DNA from: a virus
Lineage: Duplodnaviria; Caudoviricetes
Direction: 5' to 3' (one strand)
DNA: 64,000 bases
IMG/VR virus record: IMGVR_UViG_3300027898_000001
In this document: in pieces, positions 20,073 through 29,383 of the stretch
Numbering within the stretch: position 1 is the first letter of the stretch
Layout of the letters: every line of letters starts with the position of its first letter
Position numbers and translations under genes: made by a program
Notes under the pieces: model-generated
The model's input: only the letters and a program-made list of their open reading frames with translations
What the model was told of the DNA's origin: nothing
Databases searched by the model: none

Positions 20073-20942
20073 TTATTGAAACGAGTGTTGTTTCCAGCGA
20101 GAGATAAATTTCTCGAAGTAACTTGGATCGCGTTGGAACATACGGCTGTAATAAGATATGATTTCTTCGATTGAGTGTCCTGCCGCAGAGGTACTCTCTT
20201 GCATAAGACCTTCATCATTGAACTCAACATCACTAGCCAAAGCTAGAACCAGTTTACGGTCGATAATAGTGTGCTCAGTATCACCATTGGCAACTACACA
20301 CAACTTCTCTGATTTACCGTCTTCAACAACAGCGGCAGCAACTGCACCGAACACAACTTCTTCACGATTAGGATCAACGTATACAACGAAGTCACCACCA
20401 GAAAGTTTGTTTAGATTGCCTGCAATAGCTTGATAGTTTTGAAGTCCTGCAGCAGATGAAGTACCTACACCAGCACTGGATACAGACTGCATAACATCAG
20501 AAATAATGTCATCATCTTCACGAGTACGTGCGCGGATTAACACATCACCGGCAACAGTTTTCTGTAATGTCCAAGCGTTGTCACTATCGTCAAGAAACAT
20601 ATTACCGGCAACTGCACGGAAGCCAGGTAAGCCTTCTGAATATGCAACACTTTCAGGATTAGCCGAAAGAATACCAGTCAATGTTACGTTAATCGCATCA
20701 GAAGCTAATACTGAAAACGATTCAGGAACGATACGCATTTTGTTACCGAGTTTTGACGCAATTGCAGAAAGTGCATGAGCACCATCTTTAACAGTTGATT
20801 TTGTTATGGTAGCTACAACTCGTGCAAAACCACGATTCGTAGTAGGATCGACAGAAACAACTTTTACAACAGGGGTTTTGTTCGCATGTAGCTGACCAAT
20901 TAAGGCATTAACGTGCGTACGGTTTTGATTCAATGTACTCAT
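20073..20942 (-). CDS. Hypothetical protein, probable virion component
   Basis: 289 aa, strong SD AGGAG, followed by a terminator; SVSSA and ESTSA motifs. Confidence 0.55.
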   Translation of the reverse strand: MSTLNQNRTHVNALIGQLHANKTPVVKVVSVDPTTNRGFARVVATITKSTVKDGAHALSAIASKLGNKMRIVPESFSVLASDAINVTLTGILSANPESVAYSEGLPGFRAVAGNMFLDDSDNAWTLQKTVAGDVLIRARTREDDDIISDVMQSVSSAGVGTSSAAGLQNYQAIAGNLNKLSGGDFVVYVDPNREEVVFGAVAAAVVEDGKSEKLCVVANGDTEHTIIDRKLVLALASDVEFNDEGLMQESTSAAGHSIEEIISYYSRMFQRDPSYFEKFISRWKQHSFQ

Positions 20943-20987
20943 TGGAAAATCTCCTAGGATATGCTTGCTATAGCGAATTAAATTACT

Positions 20988-22214
20988 TTAAACCAGTTGT
21001 TGTGCCCAAGAACCACGTTGTCCGCCATAGAACACACGAGTTGTAGGAGCATTGATAACACCCAATGTACCCAAGTTTGTAGAACCATTAATAACTTGTC
21101 CACCTATACTACCATCACCACTAGTAGCACCAGCTTTAGCTAATAGCTGTTTCATTGGTTTTAATCTATCTGATAGAGCACTCTCTACTCTACCTAAAGC
21201 ACTTTCAATAGCTGGTGTTCTATCTACATTCAATGAAACTGACTGTCCACTGAAATCAAATGCCATTGCACCTTCTGCTTGTAGTTGCGAAGCCAATGCG
21301 TAGTAACTAGAACACATCAACCAACCGTCAAGAATCATACCTTGCATATTCATCCCAGTAAAAGAACTCAATTGTGGTGGGAATGAATTCAACAAAGCTA
21401 AACCACGATGCAGATATTGTATTAAATCAGCTTGCGTGTAAGCAAGCTCGGGAATTACGTTCTTTGCATGAGCTTTATTTATGAAATCTTCTAACTGGCT
21501 AGCAGCTACTAAGATTGATGGTGTGACTGCCCATACTTTAAATGTGAATGTCTTCGGTAAAGATTGTTGGGGTGTTTTATAATCTACAAGCAATGCCATT
21601 GGTTCTAACTGATTTCTACCAACGATAGCCGGGGCTTGTATAGTTGTCTTACCTATGTGAGGTGTTACGTTTACACCAGACGTTGTATCAGAAGCTAATA
21701 AACCATCCACTCCATATAATGGTGTGTTATTCATATACAGTGATAGTAATAAGCTATCTCCGGGAATAGCAGGCTGGGCTGGTGTGGAAGTGCTTATATT
21801 TGCTGGAATAGCAGCTATGGGCGGTACGTATTCAACAGGTAGTGAGAACTCTATGCGCTTATCTCTACCTATAACCATAACAATATCGGTTTCTCGCGTT
21901 TCTTGCGATGGATCAACGTGAAATGATTGTTTTGTTTTATGTACATCACCTTCGGCTGTCTTAAACTTAAATACAGCAACAAATTCGGATCTGCGTTCCA
22001 ACCCCATAATAGGAATTGTTATTGTCGCAGACCAATCACCAGGAGCTCCGTTAATATCAGGTATAGCAATTGCTTCTAATACAGTGTCTTTATTCTCATC
22101 TAATATGGTGACATAAGGACCCTGTTCAGTATTAGCTAATTCCAACGGGTCATCGAAATCATCCACAAATGATTCAACAAGTACAATACGTTCACCTTCT
22201 GTTACTATACTCAT
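20988..22214 (-). CDS. Hypothetical protein, possible virion structural (neck-like)
   Basis: 408 aa; beta-rich N-terminus and helical C-terminus with FSGQSVSLNV strand; no catalytic motif. Confidence 0.4.
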   Translation of the reverse strand: MSIVTEGERIVLVESFVDDFDDPLELANTEQGPYVTILDENKDTVLEAIAIPDINGAPGDWSATITIPIMGLERRSEFVAVFKFKTAEGDVHKTKQSFHVDPSQETRETDIVMVIGRDKRIEFSLPVEYVPPIAAIPANISTSTPAQPAIPGDSLLLSLYMNNTPLYGVDGLLASDTTSGVNVTPHIGKTTIQAPAIVGRNQLEPMALLVDYKTPQQSLPKTFTFKVWAVTPSILVAASQLEDFINKAHAKNVIPELAYTQADLIQYLHRGLALLNSFPPQLSSFTGMNMQGMILDGWLMCSSYYALASQLQAEGAMAFDFSGQSVSLNVDRTPAIESALGRVESALSDRLKPMKQLLAKAGATSGDGSIGGQVINGSTNLGTLGVINAPTTRVFYGGQRGSWAQQLV

Positions 22215-23137
22215 TTATAAAACTCCAGAAGTTTATCAGTATACGCATCAACCTGCGTCATGGCAGGTAAGTTATAATTGAACTCTACCATTCGTGTAAT
22301 AACGCCAGCTTTATCTTGACCTAATGATAAACAGTCCAGAACTTGATTATGTACATAGGTACGAATGCGCTTCTCGATCTCAATAACATTTGCAGTAGAG
22401 TATTTCTTCCAATGTCTACGAAGATAGCGACAATAGAAGGCACAAAAAATGTCATCAGCAGCACTTGGATGTAATGCATTGGGCATTGATTGCCAAGCAC
22501 GATCCGAATAAATCCAATCAGCATATTCATACTTGCTAAACAGTGAGGGTAAACCTACATACAAAATGGCTTGCTTGTTATTTACTAGTGATTTAAAATC
22601 ATAAGTATTAGGATCATAGTAGTTACAACGATTGACAAATCCTTTAGAAAAAGCACCAATCAGATAATACAACCATTGCACTTCACGCATGTTAGGTGCC
22701 CAGATACCGCACTCTTTTATTACGCTTCTAGGTATACTGATAGTCATAAAATCAGAAGAGGTTCGCAATGTACTACCCCAAAGATTAACGTGAGGATAAG
22801 CGTTAATACAATAGCGAGGCTCTTTCTTAGCAACGTATTTATTGTTGTAACGAAACGCAAATGAACACACTATAGGACTAAGTCGTAACATACGATAACT
22901 TGGAATATCATTGTAACCATAACTAAGTCCAGATACTGGACTAACTATGTTTGTCAAACTAAATGTGGTGCGATATACAAATGCTTTACCTATATCATAC
23001 AAAGTCTTAGACAAGTAATCAATAAGTGGAACCATGTTATACTGTAACTTGTCTCGTTTAAAAAACACCTGAGTGGAACCGCAAGATTTGGGCCACTCAG
23101 ATAATCTAAATGTTGTCGATGTATTAAGGTAAATCAT
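22211..23137 (-). CDS. Hypothetical protein
   Basis: 308-aa ORF overlapping the next gene by ATGA. Confidence 0.6.
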   Translation of the reverse strand: MIYLNTSTTFRLSEWPKSCGSTQVFFKRDKLQYNMVPLIDYLSKTLYDIGKAFVYRTTFSLTNIVSPVSGLSYGYNDIPSYRMLRLSPIVCSFAFRYNNKYVAKKEPRYCINAYPHVNLWGSTLRTSSDFMTISIPRSVIKECGIWAPNMREVQWLYYLIGAFSKGFVNRCNYYDPNTYDFKSLVNNKQAILYVGLPSLFSKYEYADWIYSDRAWQSMPNALHPSAADDIFCAFYCRYLRRHWKKYSTANVIEIEKRIRTYVHNQVLDCLSLGQDKAGVITRMVEFNYNLPAMTQVDAYTDKLLEFYK

Positions 23138-23140
23138 AGA

Positions 23141-24544
23141 TTAGCCTTTTACGTAAGATATACGCATCACCTGTTTTGAGCCGGACTGTTCGAGTTTGTA
23201 CGTAAACTTAGCATCGCGCCTTGTTCTAGCAATGACAGAGTTTAGAGCAACTAACACATCCGGCCAGATATTGTTTTGGATGACTTTAGGGTTATCTGTA
23301 GCCAGCGTTAATACAATATCACCATTGTCATTGATAGCGTCATCAACACCACCAACATTAGTTAATGGGCTGTGGCGCAATTGCTGAGTAGTTTTATCTA
23401 TCTTGATACGACCAATCAGAGGTAATATGCTATGAACACTTATCAACTGCATAGCTTCTTTAAATAAGTTGCGCGATATATTGGAATTACTATTACCAGA
23501 AATCTGCACACCTGGATTGAAATGGCCGGGTGCTGCGAATTTGGGCAAACTTGTTAAGAATATTGCCATGGTAAATAAAGAACGATCAGCCGAAACTTTA
23601 ACTTCTGGAGAAGTAAGTGCGGTTAGTTGGTCAGTCAATTCAGCGCGTTCAGTAGCTGCGGCTTTTGTCTTAACCCCTTTCAATGCTTCCAATCTTTTAT
23701 TGACTGCATTTAATTTGCGCTTCTCAGGAGCCGTGAGCACACGTTCCTTCATGACAGATTTAGTTTGAGCAGTTTCATATACTACAAATGTAAGTGCCAA
23801 TACCATTTCAGTTGTTGTGAAACTATCTTTATCCAAACCATCAAGATAAATGTACGCTGTGAACTCAATCGCTGCATTTTTAATACCGGCAAAAGTTTCA
23901 TGTGAAGTTATAGTAAAATCGCCACGCTCTACACCTGAATATGTATCGCTATCTAAGGCACCATTAATACCCATAACCAAGTTATCAGTTAATTCTATGA
24001 CTTGTGCTGGTGCGTGTTTATGAAACAACTCTGTCATAGTATCTATAGCTTGTTCTTTATTTTCCTGTAACTTATCACGAATTTCATTCAATGATTTAAT
24101 GCGATCTTTTATATAGGCTTCTTTAGATGATTTTAAACGTGCAAACGCTATATCTAATTCAACTATGGCAGCCTCAGCTTCATCAATCAACTGTGCGTAT
24201 TTTGCCACAGAATTACGATTCGGAGCTTTAAAATCCTGTAGAGGTACTACTCTACCATGATGTGTTTGTATTGTTTCTTTACCAGAGATTAAATCGCGGT
24301 GTTGTTTGAATTTAGGCGACTCATTAGTACCAAACTCTGGACCACCTCCACTAACATCAACCTTATAGTCATCATCTTCACTGGCAGATGTAGATACTAA
24401 GGTATTCAAGTCCGCGAGTTTCGCAATAAGACTTTGATATTCCACCTCTCTGCCAGTAAGATAACGCAATAGCTGAGGAATAGTAGCTGAACGTAACCAC
24501 TCTTTAGCGCGTTTAATCATGGATTTAATATCTAGTAGAGGCAT
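23141..24544 (-). CDS. Hypothetical protein, possible virion component
   Basis: 467 aa with coiled-coil segments; VSTSA motif. Confidence 0.55.
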   Translation of the reverse strand: MPLLDIKSMIKRAKEWLRSATIPQLLRYLTGREVEYQSLIAKLADLNTLVSTSASEDDDYKVDVSGGGPEFGTNESPKFKQHRDLISGKETIQTHHGRVVPLQDFKAPNRNSVAKYAQLIDEAEAAIVELDIAFARLKSSKEAYIKDRIKSLNEIRDKLQENKEQAIDTMTELFHKHAPAQVIELTDNLVMGINGALDSDTYSGVERGDFTITSHETFAGIKNAAIEFTAYIYLDGLDKDSFTTTEMVLALTFVVYETAQTKSVMKERVLTAPEKRKLNAVNKRLEALKGVKTKAAATERAELTDQLTALTSPEVKVSADRSLFTMAIFLTSLPKFAAPGHFNPGVQISGNSNSNISRNLFKEAMQLISVHSILPLIGRIKIDKTTQQLRHSPLTNVGGVDDAINDNGDIVLTLATDNPKVIQNNIWPDVLVALNSVIARTRRDAKFTYKLEQSGSKQVMRISYVKG

Positions 24545-24546
24545 GT

Positions 24547-25557
24547 TTATTGTCCTGTAATACTTAAAAGAGTTTTATAGGTTTGGCTATCCAAATTCAA
24601 TCGGCGTTTGAGTGTGCGGATAGCGCTACTATCACAGAAATTACGATCCATAAGTGCGATTTTAATGACCTTATTACCATTAGGCGCTACAGACATACGA
24701 TGTATGATATCCTTTCTAGGATCTGTAATACCAAGTGCCACATACGCTATAGGTAATATTTTCGTAAGTACATTATTAATATCAGAAGGTGATACGTCAG
24801 ACGATAACTCTATAGCCAAATGGTTATCATCTATATAAGTAGCTGACACATTATCAATACGGTTGATAGCATTTTTCGATTCCGGCTTCAACCTTTGGAT
24901 TGCCAAAACATCACTACCTATACAAGATTCTATTGCTTTCGTCACAGTCTTTTTAGATACAGGCTGAGCGTCTGCTGGAAAAAACATTTTAGATGGGAAA
25001 CTAATAGTCAGTGACTCTGTATTATTTAACTTAGTTGAGTTTAATGCTATTATAAATTCACTGATAATATACCCAGATGGTGTAGATATGTTGTTTAAAA
25101 TGAAATAATGTGTAACATTATTTCCATTAATAGGTATAATAATGGATGCGTACACCTTAACATATTTGGATAAGAAGTTTAAAGCAGTAAAGGCCAATTC
25201 TTGTAATTGCTCTGACTCTACTTGCATACCTAATGTATTTAAAGCATGGTAAGCGTTAGATAGAGTAGTGTTTACAAGGTTCTCTACCTTAGAGCATAAT
25301 AACTTATACTTCGCAGTTTTGTTATCTGTTGTTATAACACTAAGAGTCTTCGAGAATTGTAATGAATATGAGAACTCTTCCAATGATTCTACACCTTGTA
25401 GTAAAACAGGTGCAGATGCTCCTTTTTGTACTCTATTGGCTATAGACTCAGTATTGCCATTAATGGTACTTAAAACTACAACTAAATCGTTATAGGATCT
25501 GGCAGACTTGAAACTCTCCATTGTACGGCAGGAGTCTATAGTCTTGAAATCAATCAT
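24547..25557 (-). CDS. Hypothetical protein (likely start ATG 25557)
   Basis: SD GGAG upstream of MIDFK. Confidence 0.6.
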   Translation of the reverse strand: MIDFKTIDSCRTMESFKSARSYNDLVVVLSTINGNTESIANRVQKGASAPVLLQGVESLEEFSYSLQFSKTLSVITTDNKTAKYKLLCSKVENLVNTTLSNAYHALNTLGMQVESEQLQELAFTALNFLSKYVKVYASIIIPINGNNVTHYFILNNISTPSGYIISEFIIALNSTKLNNTESLTISFPSKMFFPADAQPVSKKTVTKAIESCIGSDVLAIQRLKPESKNAINRIDNVSATYIDDNHLAIELSSDVSPSDINNVLTKILPIAYVALGITDPRKDIIHRMSVAPNGNKVIKIALMDRNFCDSSAIRTLKRRLNLDSQTYKTLLSITGQ

Positions 25558-25655
25558 ATTGCTCTCCAATACGAAAAAACGCACATAGAACTGAGCCTAT
25601 GTGCGTTTTTGATTAGGCTCGGTAGTTAATGATTAAATTAACGACCTAGACACTA

Positions 25656-26549
25656 TTAACGGCGACGTGCTACTTTAGCTGGGGCTTTTTTGGCCGGAGC
25701 CTTCTTAGCTGGTGCTTTACGTGCTACTGGCTTTTTGGCTGCAGCAGGTTTAGCTGCCGGAGCTTTCTTAGCCGCAGCGGGTTTAGCTACGTGTGCTACG
25801 TGTTTTTTAGCAGCAGCTGGAGTTTTCTTAGCTGGAGCTTTTTTAGCCGCAGCTGGCTTCTTAGCTGCAACTTTAACAGGAGCTACACGGGTAGTTTTCT
25901 TACCAGCTGGAGCTTTACGTACTAAACCATGCTTAGCTTTAGCTGCTTTGTGATCTTCAACAATTTTCTTACGTTGAGCGGTCAAAGCAGTTTTAGCTTT
26001 AGTCAAAGAAGCCTTTTTCTTCAAGAAAGCTGTACGCAATGCTAAGTTTTTAGCTTTACGTTGTGCAGCAGGCAATTTAGCATTCTTAGCACGAGCAGCT
26101 TTCAAACCAGCGCGCAAAGTTTTCATTTGCTCACTCAATTTGGTACGCTTACCAGATAGTGCGGTACGAGCAGCTTTGGCTTTGGCTTGCAACTGTTGAG
26201 AAGTAGTTGGCTTACCTGCAGCTTTAGCTTTCTTGTCACGCAGCATACGCTTAGCAGTAGCTTCTGGAATACCTTTGTTAACCAAAGATAAGAAGTACGC
26301 ACGATCTGAACGCAACGCCTTCACTTTTGGTGAAGTCTTAGCCGCAGCTTGTTTGCGCTTGGTCTTGATTGTAGCTTTCTCGGAACGGTAACGAGTCTTA
26401 GCTGCTTTACGTGCTTTTTTAGCTTCAGCAGAATTGTCAATCTTTTTACGGACGATTTTCTGGGTAGCTACTTTTACTTTACGAGCAGCTGGCTTTTTAG
26501 CGGCAGGTGCAGCCTTTTTAGCAGCAGCGGGTTTGCGTTTTACGGCCAT
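25656..26549 (-). CDS. Histone H1-like Lys/Ala/Pro-rich DNA-binding protein
   Basis: 297 aa dominated by K/A/R with many PAAKK/KKAPA units at both ends; strong GCT/GCA codon bias; SD GGAG. Confidence 0.82.
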   Translation of the reverse strand: MAVKRKPAAAKKAAPAAKKPAARKVKVATQKIVRKKIDNSAEAKKARKAAKTRYRSEKATIKTKRKQAAAKTSPKVKALRSDRAYFLSLVNKGIPEATAKRMLRDKKAKAAGKPTTSQQLQAKAKAARTALSGKRTKLSEQMKTLRAGLKAARAKNAKLPAAQRKAKNLALRTAFLKKKASLTKAKTALTAQRKKIVEDHKAAKAKHGLVRKAPAGKKTTRVAPVKVAAKKPAAAKKAPAKKTPAAAKKHVAHVAKPAAAKKAPAAKPAAAKKPVARKAPAKKAPAKKAPAKVARRR

Positions 26550-26679
26550 AACAGTATCTCCAAAATGAGTTCTATAGAACGATTAAGTTTGTTACCTATC
26601 AGACTTCGAGCTTCTAGCCCGGGCGCCCGAAGTAATCGGTAGCATAATCAAATTACTATAATAATCATTTATTGATAGG

Positions 26680-27738
26680 CTATTCCGAAGATAAATCAAT
26701 ACCTAGCTCATTTGCAGCAGCTTGAGTAGCCACATAAGCATCACGTATAAATGCTTTATCGTGTCCAGCGTTCTTTAAAAAGACGGATAGTTGCTTTTTG
26801 ACGTTGATTTTACGACTAACCGTTGATGTGGCTACAGTTGGAGCGGAATCAGAACGTGTTTTAGTGCCCAAGTCAAATATACCGCCAGTAATATTGGGGA
26901 ACTCTACACGTATATTCTTAGGTATCTCAACCCCAGGTGTAATCCACAGTTTATATCTAAATGCGTCAGAAGACGACAACTTAGCGAAATCTCTACGAGA
27001 TTCTATAATTAGGTTGATGAATTGGAAGTCAGGCTTGTTATCTATAAACTTATGACGTATATCGAGAACACCATTATTGTAACGTGCTTTCAAATGTACG
27101 AAACCTTTAGGTAGAGGTTCGCCAAAGTTCTTCTGGTATGGACTACCGCAGAATATAGCACGTTTAGATTTTAAGTATTGATAAACGTGAATATGTCCAG
27201 ATACGTTAAAATCACCATCATTCTGTATGAATTCTCTTGAAGTACGTAGAGGTCTACCATTATCACCTATACAACCATTATATTCGATGTGAGTGAAATT
27301 CAAAGAAGGTGTCTTAGACTTAGGTGCGTGTAAACATGGATAGGGCAAGAAGTTTATAGGTACACCACTTACTACCATCTTGTTTGGCTTGAGAAACAAG
27401 TGGAATGTCTTAAACATACCGTGAAGTTTAATAACATCCAACAAGTCCATTGACGTTTTGCGTATATCAGAGAAGTCGTGATTACCAGGGATGTAGTACG
27501 TATGGATAAGACCATCGTATTTTTTGAGAAGATTGACTAATGCTATATACGCAGCTTCTTCCATCTTAGGGGTATCAGATACGTCACCAGGTACGAACAC
27601 ATGACTAATACCATTGTCGATAGCATATTGGTAAATCTTTTCTAGTTCCAGCATTTGACGATCAATGTGGTTAGTGAAGTGTTTAGCAAGACCGTCTAAG
27701 TGCCAATCACTTGTTACAATACAATCCAATGTAGCCAT
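26680..27738 (-). CDS. sbcD: SbcD/Mre11-like metallophosphoesterase nuclease
   Basis: SDWH, GDVSD, GNHD, HIE, GHIH motifs. Confidence 0.88.
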   Translation of the reverse strand: MATLDCIVTSDWHLDGLAKHFTNHIDRQMLELEKIYQYAIDNGISHVFVPGDVSDTPKMEEAAYIALVNLLKKYDGLIHTYYIPGNHDFSDIRKTSMDLLDVIKLHGMFKTFHLFLKPNKMVVSGVPINFLPYPCLHAPKSKTPSLNFTHIEYNGCIGDNGRPLRTSREFIQNDGDFNVSGHIHVYQYLKSKRAIFCGSPYQKNFGEPLPKGFVHLKARYNNGVLDIRHKFIDNKPDFQFINLIIESRRDFAKLSSSDAFRYKLWITPGVEIPKNIRVEFPNITGGIFDLGTKTRSDSAPTVATSTVSRKINVKKQLSVFLKNAGHDKAFIRDAYVATQAAANELGIDLSSE

Positions 27739-28007
27739 TACTTCTCGCACTCTATTAGTAGTTGTTCTGTATTACGAATTTGAACGGCAGGCTCATTCGC
27801 ATAATAGTTAGGCACAGTCCCCGCATTACCAATAAACTCAAAATTTACGTTATGTGTACGATAGTTGTTCCAAGGTCTAAGTTCCGAACTACAGGAAAGA
27901 GAGTGTAGATGTATGTTACCACTACGTAACCCTGCTGCTACAGTTTCAAAGAAACGTGCAAATTCTTCTGCGTCTGGAAAAGGCGGTGGAGTATAAGTTT
28001 TCTTCAT
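27738..28007 (-). CDS. Hypothetical protein
   Basis: 89-aa ORF with TAATG overlap to sbcD. Confidence 0.55.
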   Translation of the reverse strand: MKKTYTPPPFPDAEEFARFFETVAAGLRSGNIHLHSLSCSSELRPWNNYRTHNVNFEFIGNAGTVPNYYANEPAVQIRNTEQLLIECEK

Positions 28008-28312
28008 TAGTATGCCCTATTTTGTAATAACCTATTTAGGTATCTGCGAGCCCTAAGTTGCCACAGCAGATCATTTGTAACTACTGTATAGGTTGCTGTA
28101 CCTATCATATCAGAGGCATCGTTGGGTAGTGTTGTAATTGTGCTGAAGTGTGTCATATTGTTATATGGAGGTTTTAGAACACCATTCTTGTCAATACGTG
28201 ATTTCTTGTTTTTATTCAAGCCTTGTGCTTGTCGCTGTCTGCTTCTGCGTTCTAGCTCTTTTACACTTAGCTTCTTTTTACTAGCCACAATAACCTCACT
28301 TGGTAACCGCAC
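28007..28312 (-). CDS. Hypothetical basic protein
   Basis: 101-aa ORF in operon. Confidence 0.5.
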   Translation of the reverse strand: MRLPSEVIVASKKKLSVKELERRSRQRQAQGLNKNKKSRIDKNGVLKPPYNNMTHFSTITTLPNDASDMIGTATYTVVTNDLLWQLRARRYLNRLLQNRAY

Positions 28313-29042
28313 GGATGTATCGAATTTCGTAAGCAGACACCTTCATCTTAGTTACTATTTTGTAGAATGCTGGGCTATCCAAATCAGTGATATGTTTAGT
28401 GGCTTTTAATGCTTGGCGATAAAGTTCGGCAACTTCGGACGTGGCTATAGTACGTAAGCGCTGTATCTGCTTCTCAGATATAGGTGCATGTTGTTGATTC
28501 TTTTTAATTCTAACATCCAGATCATCCGCAGTCTCATCAGATACTAACCATTGGCAAACCATTTCCTTCACAGGTGCTTGGTGTGTACTAGGACGTATCT
28601 GGTAAATAAATGTCATCAACTGTGTAAGTATCCCATTAAACGATTGTACTTTCTCTAACACTATGTCTAAGAAATCGTGCTTAGTATATTTAACTTGGAC
28701 AGGTGAGGCATGCAGTAAATCTAATTGAATAGGTGTGAACTGGAACGCATCCAAGTGCACGTTCTCGGATAAACTGTAATCTAAAGGTATTATATCAAAT
28801 GACATTAAATCTACAGGACTACCAAATACAAAACACAATGTGTTATCATAAATTGTGGTGTTAAGAGTAGGTAAGTGGTGTTTGAATACACTAGGTGATA
28901 GAAATAACAATGCTTTATTCTTGGTTGTTTCTGGGAGTAGTTCAGCTACCATAAACGTGTTCTTTAAAGACACATTAGCGACCTTCTTTAACCAATGTGT
29001 TATATAATCAGGTGAATGGTTACATACGCCTAGTGGTATCAT
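28296..29042 (-). CDS. Hypothetical protein
   Basis: 248-aa ORF in operon. Confidence 0.6.
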   Translation of the reverse strand: MIPLGVCNHSPDYITHWLKKVANVSLKNTFMVAELLPETTKNKALLFLSPSVFKHHLPTLNTTIYDNTLCFVFGSPVDLMSFDIIPLDYSLSENVHLDAFQFTPIQLDLLHASPVQVKYTKHDFLDIVLEKVQSFNGILTQLMTFIYQIRPSTHQAPVKEMVCQWLVSDETADDLDVRIKKNQQHAPISEKQIQRLRTIATSEVAELYRQALKATKHITDLDSPAFYKIVTKMKVSAYEIRYIRAVTK

Positions 29043-29044
29043 TT

Positions 29045-29383
29045 TTATTCTTCTCCAAAGCAGCGGTACTCTATGTTAAGAGTTGGCACATTCTCACTAT
29101 CACGTACATTTCTGTGTTGAAATACGTCACTACGTGCAGGTATGCCAAACATAGTACCACAACCAGTATCTGATTTACGTAAATCAATCTCCGCGTTATA
29201 TGTATTTACATTAAGTTGGGCACCGTTTAGCGAAAGATACGCGGAATGTTCTATAAAGTATTCTTCGCGTATAACTGGGTAAAATGAGGAAGATACCTTA
29301 CAGTCGTCGTGAAATTGCTTTACTTTAACAGATATTTCGGCAGCTGTTAAGCTGCGTAAACATAATCTCGCACTATACAACAT
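29045..29383 (-). CDS. Hypothetical protein
   Basis: 112-aa ORF overlapping the sbcC stop. Confidence 0.55.
   Translation of the reverse strand: MLYSARLCLRSLTAAEISVKVKQFHDDCKVSSSFYPVIREEYFIEHSAYLSLNGAQLNVNTYNAEIDLRKSDTGCGTMFGIPARSDVFQHRNVRDSENVPTLNIEYRCFGEE

Noticed and set aside
25656-26549. Repetitive DNA as a tandem repeat element, and the antisense Ala/Gly/Phe-rich ORF 25690-25953 as a gene
   Set aside because: The repeats are explained by PAAKK codons with synonymous variation; the antisense ORF is a shadow
26593-26641. Hammerhead ribozyme (CUGAUAG seen on the minus strand)
   Set aside because: The core would need CUGANGA and GAAA with three stems; these are absent
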